This document shows, one piece after another, positions 36,799-46,810 of a stretch of DNA of 64,000 nucleotides. Positions within the stretch are counted from its first letter, which is position 1. Every line of letters begins with the position of its first letter. Under the pieces are notes generated by a model. That model did no database searches and had not been told where the DNA came from. It saw only the letters and a list, made by a program, of their open reading frames with translations. The position numbers and the translations under genes are program-made. Origin of the DNA: an uncultured virus (IMG/VR IMGVR_UViG_3300022752_000028) (lineage: Duplodnaviria > Heunggongvirae > Uroviricota > Caudoviricetes); IMG/VR virus record IMGVR_UViG_3300022752_000028. One strand, written 5' to 3'.

Positions 36799-37989
36799 AT
36801 GTCAATCTTCAGAGAGCACAAGACGACGGCTGATAGATCTGCATCAGATCGAGCAAGGCACAAGAAGAAGATCGAGAAAGCCATCCGTGATGGAATAACA
36901 GACGTTGTTGCTGATGAGTCGATTATCGGGCACGACGGAAAGAAGAAGATCAAGATCCCAGTTCGTGGCATCAAGGAGTGGCAGTTCATCTTTGGTGACA
37001 ATGAGGGACACAAGCAGGTAGGCTCTGCACCTGGGCAGGACGTCCAGAAGGGTCAAGTTGTCAAGAAAGGTCAGCAGCAACAGCAAGGTCAAGGCAACAA
37101 GGCTGGGAAAGATAAGGGTGAGGAGATGTATGAGGTTGAGATCTCTCTTGAAGAACTCGCCGAATATCTCTTCGACTCCCTCCAACTTCCTGACCTAGAT
37201 AAAAAGAAATTCAAGAAGCTGCTTGACGTTAAGCCCAAGAAACACGGCACACGTCCTCAAGGTATTCGACCACGCCTCGATAAAAAGAAAACAGCGGTAG
37301 AACGCATTAAGCGCCTCTCAGCTTCTAGACGTCAAGGCACGGTTGAGATCAACCCTGAGACGGGAGAAGAAGAGTTTCCTTATCACGACAATGACTTAAG
37401 GTACTACTACATTAAGGATCGTCCCAAGGAAGCGACCGATGCTGTCATCTTCTTCATGATGGATGTCAGCGGTTCGATGACAACTAACATCAAGTACATT
37501 GCAAGATCATTCTACTTCCTGCTCTATCAGTTCTTGAAGCACAAGTACGAGCACATTGAGATTGTATTCCTTGCACATACAACTGAAGCTGAAGAAGTTG
37601 ATGAAGAGCGGTTCTTTAAACGTGCTGCATCTGGTGGGACACACGTCTCCTCAGCACCAAAACTTGCACTTGACATCATCAGCAAGCGGTACCACCCATC
37701 TTCTTGGAACATTTATGCGTTCCACTGCACAGATGGTGACAACTGGGATGAGGACAATGATGCGGCATTTGCTGCATTTAGAGAACTTTCTAACATCTGT
37801 CAGATGGTCTGCTACACAGAGATCGCAATCGAGAGCGAGAGGCCCAGCTGGCAGTCAGATAAGACATCTAAGCTGTGGAATATGCTAAGCAAGATAGAAG
37901 GAGGTCGACTTCGTCTAGGTCTGCTAGGCAGCTCACAGGACATTTGGCCCAATTTTAAACGTCTCTTTGGAGGGCTTCCTGATGTCTGA
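36799..37989 (+). CDS. yeaH: YeaH/YhbH (DUF444) family VWA-like protein
   Basis: DRSASDRARH, MMDVSGSM, SGGT, WNIYAFHCTDGDNW. Confidence 0.92.
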   Translation: MSIFREHKTTADRSASDRARHKKKIEKAIRDGITDVVADESIIGHDGKKKIKIPVRGIKEWQFIFGDNEGHKQVGSAPGQDVQKGQVVKKGQQQQQGQGNKAGKDKGEEMYEVEISLEELAEYLFDSLQLPDLDKKKFKKLLDVKPKKHGTRPQGIRPRLDKKKTAVERIKRLSASRRQGTVEINPETGEEEFPYHDNDLRYYYIKDRPKEATDAVIFFMMDVSGSMTTNIKYIARSFYFLLYQFLKHKYEHIEIVFLAHTTEAEEVDEERFFKRAASGGTHVSSAPKLALDIISKRYHPSSWNIYAFHCTDGDNWDEDNDAAFAAFRELSNICQMVCYTEIAIESERPSWQSDKTSKLWNMLSKIEGGRLRLGLLGSSQDIWPNFKRLFGGLPDV

Positions 37990-39298
37990 TTGGACTTTTG
38001 AAGAATTGCAGTCGTGGGATGAAAAGATCGTTCAGATTGCTAAAAATCATGGTCTTGACTGGTATGAAATTGCTTATGAAACAATTGACTACCACGAGAT
38101 GATTGGTGCAATGGCCTACCACGGTATGCCGTCTCACTTTCCTCACTGGTCGTATGGAAAGTCATTTGAACGCACCCACAACATGTACAACATGGGTCTC
38201 GAAGGCCTGCCTTACGAGCTCATCATCAATTCGGACCCATCTATCGCTTATTTGATGAAGGAGAACCCCCTCTACTTGCAGGTTCTCATCATGGCCCACT
38301 GTGTCGGTCACTCAGACTTCTTCAAGAATAACAGGACTTTTAGAGACACTGATGCAATAAATGTATCAAGACGTTTTAGGAGCGCTAGACAGCGCATACA
38401 GAGCTACATTGAGGACCCAACTATTGGTATTGATAAAGTTGAGGACTTAATTGACTCATGTCATGCCATCCAGTATCAAATAGATCGACGCGGTCGTATG
38501 CGCAAGTCAGAGAAAGAGCTTCGGCTTGACTACATTGGACGCATCAAGAACGATAAGGATGGCAAGTACAAAGATTTCAATATTGACAAACTTCCGCTCG
38601 AGCCTGAGCATGATGTCATGCTCTTCATTACTGAAAATAGTAAGAAGCTTGACAACTGGGAGCGTGATATAATCAATATTGTTCACGAAGAGTCGTTGTA
38701 CTTCATGCCACAGATCAGAACCAAGATCATGAATGAGGGATGGGCATCATTTTGGCACTATAGGATCTGCCATGAGCTTGAACTGCCAGATAGCTTACAC
38801 ATTCCATTCATGAAGTCACATAATCAAGTTCTACGTCCCTGGGGCGGTCGAATCAATCCATATCATCTTGGTTTTGAGATCTTTAAGAAGATCGAAGAAG
38901 CAAAAGGAATTGAGGAGTGTTTCTTTGCCAGAGAGATCCACAATGATGAGTCATTCATCATGGAACACCTCAAGGAAGATCATGCACGTGAGCTCAATAT
39001 GTTCACATACAGTCCAAAAGGGAGAAAAAATCCTGATTGGTCAGTCGACGACGTCGTTGATGATGAGGGTTGGCCTGAGATCCGCAGCGCACTCTTAAAA
39101 TCAATTGGTGGGAATGGAATTCCTATCATATATGTTGACGATGTTGTCAAAGATACACTAATTCTTAAGCACGAGCATGATGGCAGAGATCTAGAGTTAA
39201 ATTATGCAGAAAACTGTGTTAAGCACATCAGTAAGATGTGGAAGGGTCCCATCAAGCTGTTTACTTTGTTAGAAGGCGAACATTTCGAGATTTCATAA
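37982..39298 (+). CDS. spoVR: SpoVR/YcgB family protein
   Basis: HWSYGK, YELIINSDP, HCVGHSDFFKNN, TKIMNEGWASFWH, NPYHLG. Confidence 0.95.
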   Translation: MSDWTFEELQSWDEKIVQIAKNHGLDWYEIAYETIDYHEMIGAMAYHGMPSHFPHWSYGKSFERTHNMYNMGLEGLPYELIINSDPSIAYLMKENPLYLQVLIMAHCVGHSDFFKNNRTFRDTDAINVSRRFRSARQRIQSYIEDPTIGIDKVEDLIDSCHAIQYQIDRRGRMRKSEKELRLDYIGRIKNDKDGKYKDFNIDKLPLEPEHDVMLFITENSKKLDNWERDIINIVHEESLYFMPQIRTKIMNEGWASFWHYRICHELELPDSLHIPFMKSHNQVLRPWGGRINPYHLGFEIFKKIEEAKGIEECFFAREIHNDESFIMEHLKEDHARELNMFTYSPKGRKNPDWSVDDVVDDEGWPEIRSALLKSIGGNGIPIIYVDDVVKDTLILKHEHDGRDLELNYAENCVKHISKMWKGPIKLFTLLEGEHFEIS

Positions 39299-39309
39299 TA
39301 GGAGAGAAG

Positions 39310-41235
39310 ATGGACTTTCTTAAGATTATTCAAAAACAAAGGTCTGGTGCACAGAAGGAGTCCTGGAATGGTACATTTCTCGACTACTTGAGTGAGATCC
39401 AGAAAAATCCAAGCCACGTTAAGCTGGCACACAAGAGAATTGCAGACGCTGTTGAGTCATATGGCGTTGAGCCAATGTCAGATGCAGATCCTCGATGCCG
39501 CAAGCTGTTCGATGGCGACAAGCTGAAGACGTACAACTACTTCAAGGAAGATTTCTACGGACACGAGCGTGTCATCGCCAAGATCATGCGCTTCTTGAAG
39601 TCAGCAGCTCTAAAGGGCGAGGAGAGCCGGCAGGTCCTCCTTCTCATGGGTCCTGTTGGTTCTGGTAAGAGTGCTCTTGCAGATGCTGTCAAGAAGTCAC
39701 TTGAGAAGGCAGCAGAGCCTATCTTCCATCTTGACGGCTGCCCAGTACGTGAGGAACCACTTCACCTCCTGCCACGTTCACTGCGTGACCAGTTTGAGAA
39801 GCTCCTCGGTGTCCAGATCGAGGGTGACCTCTGCCCTGTCTGCCGCCACCGTCTTCTCAATGAGTTCGGCGGAGAGTATGAGAAGTTCCCAGTTGTGCGC
39901 AGCGGCTTCTCTCAGCGCGGACGACGCGGAATTGCTGTTGTTCCTCCAATGGATGCCAACTCCCAGGACGTCTCTGCACTCATCGGCTCTGAGGATATCT
40001 CGAAGCTCGACAAGTTCAGCGAGTCGGATCCTCGCGTCCTTAACCTCGATGGCGCATTCAACGTGGGTAACCGCGGTGTTGTAGAGTTCGTTGAGATCTT
40101 CAAGAACGAGATTGAGTTCCTGCACACGATCCTCACCGCCACACAGGAGAAGAACGTTCCAACTCCTGGCAAGAACGGAATGCTCTACTTCGATGGTGTT
40201 ATCCTCTCTCACTGTAACGAGGCTGAGTGGAACCGCTTCAAGTCTGAGCACACCAATGAGGCAGTCCTTGACCGTATTGTGAAGATCGAGGTGCCATACG
40301 TCCTCGAGCTCAACCAGGAGATCAAGATCTACGAGAAGATGCTTCGTCGTTCTGACTTCAAGGCACATCTCGCACCTCACACGATCAAGGTCGCAGCGAT
40401 GTTCTCAGTCATGAGCAGACTTAAGCCTTCACAGAAGGTTGACATCATGACCAAGATGAAGATCTACAATGGTGAGGAAGTTATTGAGAAGGGTAAGGTT
40501 CGTAAGGTCGATATCAAGGATCTACGTGAGGAGGTTCGCCACGAGGGAATGGACGGTATCTCAACCCGCTTCATCACCAAGGCTATCGACTCCGCTCTGA
40601 CTGACTCTGACAAGAGCTTCATCACGCCAATGCGTGTCATTGATGCACTTATCAAGCAGGTGAAGGAGCAGGTTGTTGATGAGGAGAAGCGCAAGACATA
40701 CCTCGAGCTCCTCCAGAAGTCAATCCGTGAGGAATACCTTAAGATGCTCGAGAGCGAGATTGCCAAGGCCTTCGTCACCGCCTACGAGGAGCAGGCACAG
40801 TCGCTCTTCGACAACTACATGGACAATGCTGAGGCTTATACCACTAAGCAGAAGATGAAGGACCGCGTCACAAATGAGGAGCGTGAACCCGATGAGAAGT
40901 TCATGAAGGCAATCGAGGAGCAGATCGGCATCGTCGGTTCAGCCCGTGATGGCTTCCGTTCCGACGTCACTGCCTACATGTTCACTAAGATGCGCCGCGG
41001 CCAGAAGGTCGATTACAAGTCATATGAACCACTCAAGGAAGCAATCGAGAGCTATCTCATCGCCTCAGTGAAGGACATGGCACGCATCGTGACTAAGTCT
41101 AAGAGCCGTGACAACGAGCAACAGAAGAAGTACTCAGACATGGTTGAGACCATGGTTAAGGACTACGGTTACACACCTGAGTCTGCTGAGGAGACGATCA
41201 TGTTTGCTGCAAACAATCTCTGGAGAGATTCTTAG
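39310..41235 (+). CDS. yeaG: PrkA/YeaG family AAA+ serine protein kinase
   Basis: LMGPVGSGKS, NRGVVEFVE, HCNEAEW, EGMDGISTRF. Confidence 0.95.
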   Translation: MDFLKIIQKQRSGAQKESWNGTFLDYLSEIQKNPSHVKLAHKRIADAVESYGVEPMSDADPRCRKLFDGDKLKTYNYFKEDFYGHERVIAKIMRFLKSAALKGEESRQVLLLMGPVGSGKSALADAVKKSLEKAAEPIFHLDGCPVREEPLHLLPRSLRDQFEKLLGVQIEGDLCPVCRHRLLNEFGGEYEKFPVVRSGFSQRGRRGIAVVPPMDANSQDVSALIGSEDISKLDKFSESDPRVLNLDGAFNVGNRGVVEFVEIFKNEIEFLHTILTATQEKNVPTPGKNGMLYFDGVILSHCNEAEWNRFKSEHTNEAVLDRIVKIEVPYVLELNQEIKIYEKMLRRSDFKAHLAPHTIKVAAMFSVMSRLKPSQKVDIMTKMKIYNGEEVIEKGKVRKVDIKDLREEVRHEGMDGISTRFITKAIDSALTDSDKSFITPMRVIDALIKQVKEQVVDEEKRKTYLELLQKSIREEYLKMLESEIAKAFVTAYEEQAQSLFDNYMDNAEAYTTKQKMKDRVTNEEREPDEKFMKAIEEQIGIVGSARDGFRSDVTAYMFTKMRRGQKVDYKSYEPLKEAIESYLIASVKDMARIVTKSKSRDNEQQKKYSDMVETMVKDYGYTPESAEETIMFAANNLWRDS

Positions 41236-41267
41236 CCCAAATTAGTTAGAGTATTCTTTAACTCTTC

Positions 41268-41304
41268 TAGATGTATCGTATATTTAAAGTATGCGATACA
41301 TCTA
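41268..41304 (+). promoter_or_regulatory. Start-codon-sequestering hairpin with putative late promoter TATATTTA at its loop
   Basis: TAGATGTATCGTATA / TATGCGATACATCTA, 15 bp with one GU pair, covering ATG 41291. Confidence 0.75.
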
Positions 41305-42085
41305 TATTTTTAAGAATTTATTGAACAATAAAGTGTATGTTGGTCAAACAAATAATCCTACAAAAAGAAAATATGAACATATGAAAAATGTTCAAGATGG
41401 TCATAAAGGAATACTTTATTATTCAATTAGAAAGCATGGAGAAGAAAACTTCTTATTTGAGGTTATTGAAGAATGTAATGATCATGAATCAAATGAAAGA
41501 GAGATGTTTTGGATAAAACATTATGATTCTTTTGAGAATGGCTATAATCTAACAACAGGTGGTGATCATTTTTCTCATTCTCAAGCAACTAAAAATAAAA
41601 TAGGTTCTGCATTTCGTGGTAAAACTCTCTCTGATGATCACAAGCAAAAGTTACGCGAAGCAAATTTAGGAAAGAAGCCACCGCCTCATTCTGAAGAAAC
41701 TCTACAAAGAATGTCAAATTCAATGATAGGAAAAAATACGGGTCCTAAGTCTGAAGAACATAAAAGGAAACTGTCTTTAGCACACAAGGGCAAAACTCTT
41801 TCTGAAGAGCATAAAGAAAAATTAAGAAATAAGCCTATAACTGATGAAACTAGACAAAAAATTTCAAATGCTGGAAAAGGAAGAATTGTAACAGAAGAGA
41901 CTAGAAAGAAGCAATCAGAAGCACTAATGGGTATTAAACGAGGTCCACAAACAGAAGAAGTCAAAGAACGTAGAGCACAAAAGTTAAGAGGTAGAAAGCA
42001 ATCAGAAGAAGCAAAGCAGAAGATGCGTGATGCGTGGGCTAGAAAAAGAGAAGAAAGGAAATTGCTAACAATAGATAGTAAGTAA
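41291..42085 (+). CDS. GIY-YIG homing endonuclease with multiple NUMOD3 repeats
   Basis: YIY..KVYVGQT..R..GYNLTTGG; repeated SEEHKxKL motifs. Confidence 0.92.
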   Translation: MRYIYIFKNLLNNKVYVGQTNNPTKRKYEHMKNVQDGHKGILYYSIRKHGEENFLFEVIEECNDHESNEREMFWIKHYDSFENGYNLTTGGDHFSHSQATKNKIGSAFRGKTLSDDHKQKLREANLGKKPPPHSEETLQRMSNSMIGKNTGPKSEEHKRKLSLAHKGKTLSEEHKEKLRNKPITDETRQKISNAGKGRIVTEETRKKQSEALMGIKRGPQTEEVKERRAQKLRGRKQSEEAKQKMRDAWARKREERKLLTIDSK

Positions 42086-42117
42086 ACATTTGCATTTCTC
42101 TGTATAATCAGACAGAA

Positions 42118-43395
42118 ATGCAAATTAGACAACCCAACACGCTCGAGAGAGAAACAAGAAGCTCGCTGGTGGATATTTTCAATGCCCACCACGCGGGCCC
42201 TCTTGCTATTGGTGATCAACAATTTGACGATCTCATTCAAAAGTTCTTTTTAAATAAAAGTAAGAGTGAGATCTTTGAGAGAATTGTCAAACCAATGATG
42301 AAGAGAAATCTCTATGAAGCAGAGGGTAAATCTGCGGGATCGGCAGAGATTTTCTTGAAACTATGTGAAATGCATTTTAATCATGAAGGTAATGCTATTC
42401 TGTCCAAAATAGATTGGAATAAAACTGAACAGCAAATTGCAAAGATGGCCAAGATAAGGCCTACTAGATCAGAGATTTTTAGCTTAATTGACAAAAGAAG
42501 CACAAAAGATACAGTAGAAGTTCTTAAAGAAGCACTAAGTTTGTCATCACGTGATGACATTGTTGAAGTTGTGAGAGCTTATGATGTTAAAACATCAATT
42601 ACAACAGAATTGGGCTGCACATTTAGTGATATTAAGATTGAACCGCTCTACTACACTGTCAAGCCTTGGTCAAAGAACCAGGTCAACATCATTCTGGTTG
42701 ATGGTGTCATAGAAAAGTCAATCCATGTTGAGCACATCCTTCAAAAATCAAATGCTGATAAAGAACCCTACATCATCATTTGTAGAGAAGCAACTGAAGA
42801 AGTTAAGAATGTGTGCAGCACAAATTTTTTAAGGCAGACGACCGACGTCATCCTATGCACCGCACCGTACAGTGAGAAAACAGCACACATCTTCGAGGAT
42901 TTAAAGGTTGTAACAGAGTGTGAAGTTGTGTCACCAGAGATGGGTGATATTATCACGGCACATATCTACAAGAAAGCATCAAAGGTTAGGAAGGTAAGCA
43001 TCAGTCGCGGTGCACTTCTCATTGAGAATGATAGAAGCGATAGAATTAAGAGGCATAGAGACAGCTTAATTGAGAAAATGAACCAGATCAATGATGATGA
43101 TGTGACAGATCTAATTAGAAAGCGTCACAAAGCGATGTCTGGTAGGAAAATTCTAATTAAAGTTGGAAATGACTTGATTATGAAACAGAGAAACATTATT
43201 GAGCAGATCGACAAAACACTGAGAGAAGTTCGTGATGGCGTTGCAAGTGGTATCCTAATGAATGCAGATGTGCTGACTTTCTTGAGTAAAGATGATCTTT
43301 ATCGCCCCGTTCACAGCATCAAGGTTGCAATCGACGCCTATCGATCATTCGTATCAGTGCTATCGAACACTGGGTTAATTCTTTTAGAAGAGTGA
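42118..43395 (+). CDS. divergent chaperonin (Cpn60/GroEL-like)
   Basis: ILVDGVIE, PYIIIC, EDLKVVT, KVSIS, R..AMSG..LIKVG resemble apical/intermediate domains; no GDGTT motif. Confidence 0.6.
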   Translation: MQIRQPNTLERETRSSLVDIFNAHHAGPLAIGDQQFDDLIQKFFLNKSKSEIFERIVKPMMKRNLYEAEGKSAGSAEIFLKLCEMHFNHEGNAILSKIDWNKTEQQIAKMAKIRPTRSEIFSLIDKRSTKDTVEVLKEALSLSSRDDIVEVVRAYDVKTSITTELGCTFSDIKIEPLYYTVKPWSKNQVNIILVDGVIEKSIHVEHILQKSNADKEPYIIICREATEEVKNVCSTNFLRQTTDVILCTAPYSEKTAHIFEDLKVVTECEVVSPEMGDIITAHIYKKASKVRKVSISRGALLIENDRSDRIKRHRDSLIEKMNQINDDDVTDLIRKRHKAMSGRKILIKVGNDLIMKQRNIIEQIDKTLREVRDGVASGILMNADVLTFLSKDDLYRPVHSIKVAIDAYRSFVSVLSNTGLILLEE

Positions 43396-43440
43396 TTTAC
43401 TTTTTCCACCTGGCGTTAATGTTTTATCTAGGAGATAGAG

Positions 43441-43680
43441 ATGGCTACCGATGCCGACAAAGAGATCAATAATCTTGTTGTGACACTTTCATCATTTATT
43501 AGAGATGTTGTGACAACAAATGTTGCAGAGGCAAAGCAGAAAGGTATAGTCAAGATTGATGATGCCGAACTTCGCAAAGTTATAAGCATTGCTGCATCTT
43601 CAATTGAGCAAGCTGTATCAAAAGCACACGGGCAGATCGAGGGAACCAAGCGTGCACTGAGAGAGGTCCGTGGCCACTGA
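43441..43680 (+). CDS. hypothetical protein
   Basis: AGGAG RBS. Confidence 0.7.
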   Translation: MATDADKEINNLVVTLSSFIRDVVTTNVAEAKQKGIVKIDDAELRKVISIAASSIEQAVSKAHGQIEGTKRALREVRGH

Positions 43681-44140
43681 AGGTATTAAGCACTTAATTG
43701 AGTGTCACTGCATTCTTCCACAATATAGGAAGATGGAGAACCCAATTTACCACAAGTTTGTGGTATTCTCTATCATCGAAGACGATGTAGTAGAACCAAA
43801 ATTTGTCCAATGTAATAACTGCTCAATTATCCACAAGATTACAGACGTCTGTAAGTCTGAGATTGTTGCAGGACTTGAATTTTCAAATGCTGTTACAAGA
43901 ATTGATGAAGTTCGTGAAGCTTTACCAGATCAGATTGCATCTTTTCTAGAAAAAGCAAACAGTGACATGGCAACATGGGAAAATGTTGCTTTTCTCCTAG
44001 AGAATAGCTTGGGAGGCTTTGAGGTTCCAATTGCTAAGGAAGAAGTAAGTGGTTTAACTCAAGTGAAGATGTTATCTGTTGATGAGAAAGGCAAGGTAAA
44101 GATCAAAACTGTAACAAGAAATGATATTTTGGAGCCATAG
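43670..44140 (+). CDS. Cys-containing hypothetical protein
   Basis: ECHC..QCNNC..DVC. Confidence 0.75.
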   Translation: MATEGIKHLIECHCILPQYRKMENPIYHKFVVFSIIEDDVVEPKFVQCNNCSIIHKITDVCKSEIVAGLEFSNAVTRIDEVREALPDQIASFLEKANSDMATWENVAFLLENSLGGFEVPIAKEEVSGLTQVKMLSVDEKGKVKIKTVTRNDILEP

Positions 44141-44142
44141 AC

Positions 44143-44376
44143 GTGAAGATAGGTCAAACTGAAATTGATAAGAAGACTAGATCACTCACAAAATGCAGGG
44201 AGATCGTCACAGAGATCAATAATTTTGGCATTAACGACTTTGAAAGACTGCAAATAATTCATTTATTGTCTCTAGAGCTAGAAGATAGAGATTTAATCAG
44301 TGACTTTGCCGAGGTGATCAAGGGATACCGCGGCGACGTCTTTGAAGAGAAGAAAACTGACGCAATTATTCAATAA
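44143..44376 (+). CDS. hypothetical protein
   Basis: GGAG, GTG start. Confidence 0.7.
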   Translation: MKIGQTEIDKKTRSLTKCREIVTEINNFGINDFERLQIIHLLSLELEDRDLISDFAEVIKGYRGDVFEEKKTDAIIQ

Positions 44377-44386
44377 AGGAGAAAAA

Positions 44387-44584
44387 ATGGCAAATCTAAG
44401 TGACCAGTGGGACCAGCTTAAGGTCCTAGTTGAGAGCCTCGAGGTTGATATTCGCAAGAGCCTCAACGGCAACAAGTCTGCAGGTGTTAGAGCTCGTAAG
44501 GGCCTCCGCCTTGTCAAGAATAGTGCAGCTGATCTCATCCGCACATCACTTGCATCTTCTGGTGACACTACAGAGACTGAGTGA
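44387..44584 (+). CDS. histone H1-like Hc1 family protein
   Basis: GNKSAGVRARKGL motif. Confidence 0.75.
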   Translation: MANLSDQWDQLKVLVESLEVDIRKSLNGNKSAGVRARKGLRLVKNSAADLIRTSLASSGDTTETE

Positions 44585-44600
44585 TTTCACTCTAAACATT

Positions 44601-44625
44601 GAAACCCGCCAATTTGGCGGGTTTC
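44601..44625. terminator. intrinsic terminator between convergent genes
   Basis: GAAACCCGCCAA-T-TTGGCGGGTTTC inverted repeat. Confidence 0.8.
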
Positions 44626-44646
44626 TTGCTATTTGAAAGCTTGAAT

Positions 44647-44868
44647 TTAAAGAATATGCTCAGCAAGCTTCTCTATGACTTTCTTCTCAATTTGACAAAT
44701 TCTCATTCGAGTAACGCCTAAAATATCACCTATCTGTTGTAAGGATAGCGGTCCGCGCTTTGAAGCCACTAAAGTGCAATTTTGATACTCGCTTGAATTT
44801 ATCCAGAGCTTGCATGTCTTGTTTGCGCAATCTTTTTTGCAGCTTTCGTGCAATTCGAAGCATTTCAT
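44647..44868 (-). CDS. small sigma-70 region 4 HTH protein with Cys-rich N-terminus
   Basis: LSLQQIGDILGVTRMRICQIEKK. Confidence 0.85.
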   Translation of the reverse strand: MKCFELHESCKKDCANKTCKLWINSSEYQNCTLVASKRGPLSLQQIGDILGVTRMRICQIEKKVIEKLAEHIL

Positions 44869-44934
44869 ATGTTTATTTGAACCTCTCTGTATAATAGTAT
44901 CAAAAACGCTGTTCTTTTACTATAGCGAGGAATA

Positions 44935-46233
44935 ATGACTAAGTCAAGCACGGGTAGGAAGACATTTATAATTGATACATCAGTTCTTCTGTATGATAAG
45001 TGCTCAATTCACTCATTTCCAGGTAACGATGTTGTCATTCCACTCATCGTCCTTGATGAGCTTGATCGGTTTAAGGATAAACCCGGTCTGCTTGGTGAGT
45101 ATGCTCGTTATGTTAATCGTTATCTTGATGACCTAAGAAATGTTGGATCACTTCACGACGGCGTAACGATCAATCATGACCAGACAATCCGTGTAGAAAT
45201 AGACATACACGAAATTCCTGCAAGTCTTGATGGTAACACTGGCGACAATCGGATCATTGCAGCAGCGCTTGCTTTAAAAGCTGCATCAGATCAGCCAGTT
45301 GTGATGGTCACTAAGGACATCAATTTTAGAGTAAAGTGTGACTCTCTAGGAATCTATTCAGAAGATTACTACAAAGATCGAATCGTTCATGATAAGAGCG
45401 AAATCTATTCGGGACAGGCAGAAGTTGAGGCAATTTCTCCCTCTGTAATCAATCATTTTTATGATGATGGCAGTATATCTACAGATCACCTTGATTTTGA
45501 CTTAAACAGTAATCAGTATGTTACAGTTAAATACGGAAATCAGTCTCTAATTGGTGTCCATCGTGACGGAAATGTTGTTCCTCTCATCAATAATCTGACC
45601 AAAACAATCGGCATTACTCCTCGTAATAAGGAGCAAAAGTTTGCCATTGACGCACTGACAAGAGATGATGTCAAGCTTGTATCTATGACAGGTCTAGCAG
45701 GTTCAGGTAAGACTTTCCTTACGCTGATGGCAGGCATGTCAGGAATTCAAGATAAGAGGTATGATCGAATCGTCATCACTCGATCTCTCCAGACAGTCGG
45801 CAAAGAGATTGGATTTTTACCAGGTGACATAGATGATAAGATGAGCCCCTGGTTGTCACCAATTCTTGACAACTTTAGAGTTGCTTTTAAGGATTCGACA
45901 TATTTTGAGATGATGCGCCAGAAGGGCCAGATCGAGGTATCACCTCTTGCCTTCATACGCGGCAGGACATTTAATAATACATTCTTAATTGTTGATGAAG
46001 CACAGAACTCTACCATCCACGAGCTAAAGACGATCATCACAAGAATTGGTGAGGGATCTAAGATCGTCCTGCTAGGCGACACCGACCAGATTGATACTCC
46101 TTATCTTGACAGCCTATCAAATGGTTTGACAGTTATTGTTGAAAAGTTCAAGAAATATGACATTGCAGCTCACATTACCCTAATGAAGGGTGAGAGATCA
46201 GAGTTGGCTACCTTGGCATCGCAGGTCTTGTAA
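44935..46233 (+). CDS. phoH: PIN-PhoH family protein
   Basis: IDTSVLL PIN domain; GLAGSGKT, IGFLPG, RGRTF, DEAQN. Confidence 0.95.
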   Translation: MTKSSTGRKTFIIDTSVLLYDKCSIHSFPGNDVVIPLIVLDELDRFKDKPGLLGEYARYVNRYLDDLRNVGSLHDGVTINHDQTIRVEIDIHEIPASLDGNTGDNRIIAAALALKAASDQPVVMVTKDINFRVKCDSLGIYSEDYYKDRIVHDKSEIYSGQAEVEAISPSVINHFYDDGSISTDHLDFDLNSNQYVTVKYGNQSLIGVHRDGNVVPLINNLTKTIGITPRNKEQKFAIDALTRDDVKLVSMTGLAGSGKTFLTLMAGMSGIQDKRYDRIVITRSLQTVGKEIGFLPGDIDDKMSPWLSPILDNFRVAFKDSTYFEMMRQKGQIEVSPLAFIRGRTFNNTFLIVDEAQNSTIHELKTIITRIGEGSKIVLLGDTDQIDTPYLDSLSNGLTVIVEKFKKYDIAAHITLMKGERSELATLASQVL

Positions 46234-46262
46234 GAGATAGTTATCCTTGCAGGGAATGCTAT

Positions 46263-46577
46263 ATGGGAAGAGTCAAACTAACATCCAGAAATCTTAATAG
46301 GTTCACGAAAGTGTACCCGTATGTTAGAGCTCAACCTCGTTATGCTTATTTTACTAATGAAGAGTTTGTTTTAGAAAGTGCCGTTGTTAATTTTGCAGGA
46401 AGCAATACAGTGACTTACACATTCACAAATTCATATTCAACTGTTCCAACTGTTATTGCAACTGCGCTTAATGACTCATTCAACGTTTTTGTTAGTTCAG
46501 TGTCAACAACACAAGTTGTAATCGGGGCAAGCATCCTAAATAGCGACTCTGCATCAATTGTGGTGGTGACAACATAA
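46263..46577 (+). CDS. putative virion structural protein
   Basis: Beta-rich; GATAGTTA at 46236. Confidence 0.65.
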   Translation: MGRVKLTSRNLNRFTKVYPYVRAQPRYAYFTNEEFVLESAVVNFAGSNTVTYTFTNSYSTVPTVIATALNDSFNVFVSSVSTTQVVIGASILNSDSASIVVVTT

Positions 46578-46810
46578 TGTCTAGAGTATCGACAGTAGAA
46601 ATGCAGTTTGGAACTGCAACACTTGACTCATCAGGTGTTGGTCCTATACTTGTGACAGTGTCAGGATCAGATGCCAACATAGCATTTACTTTGTTGCCAA
46701 ATGAAAATGTGAACATGTCAGCTTATACAGTATCAAATCCTCTCTATGCAATTGCATCCTCAGAACAAAACGCAGTGGATTATAATTACCTCATAGTGAG
46801 CTCAACATAA
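46577..46810 (+). CDS. hypothetical protein
   Basis: TAATG coupling. Confidence 0.65.
   Translation: MSRVSTVEMQFGTATLDSSGVGPILVTVSGSDANIAFTLLPNENVNMSAYTVSNPLYAIASSEQNAVDYNYLIVSST

Noticed and set aside
42085..44900. Possible third promoter class (CTCTGTATAAT near 42098 and 44885)
   Set aside because: Only two instances in AT-rich DNA and no consistent upstream box; too weak to call.
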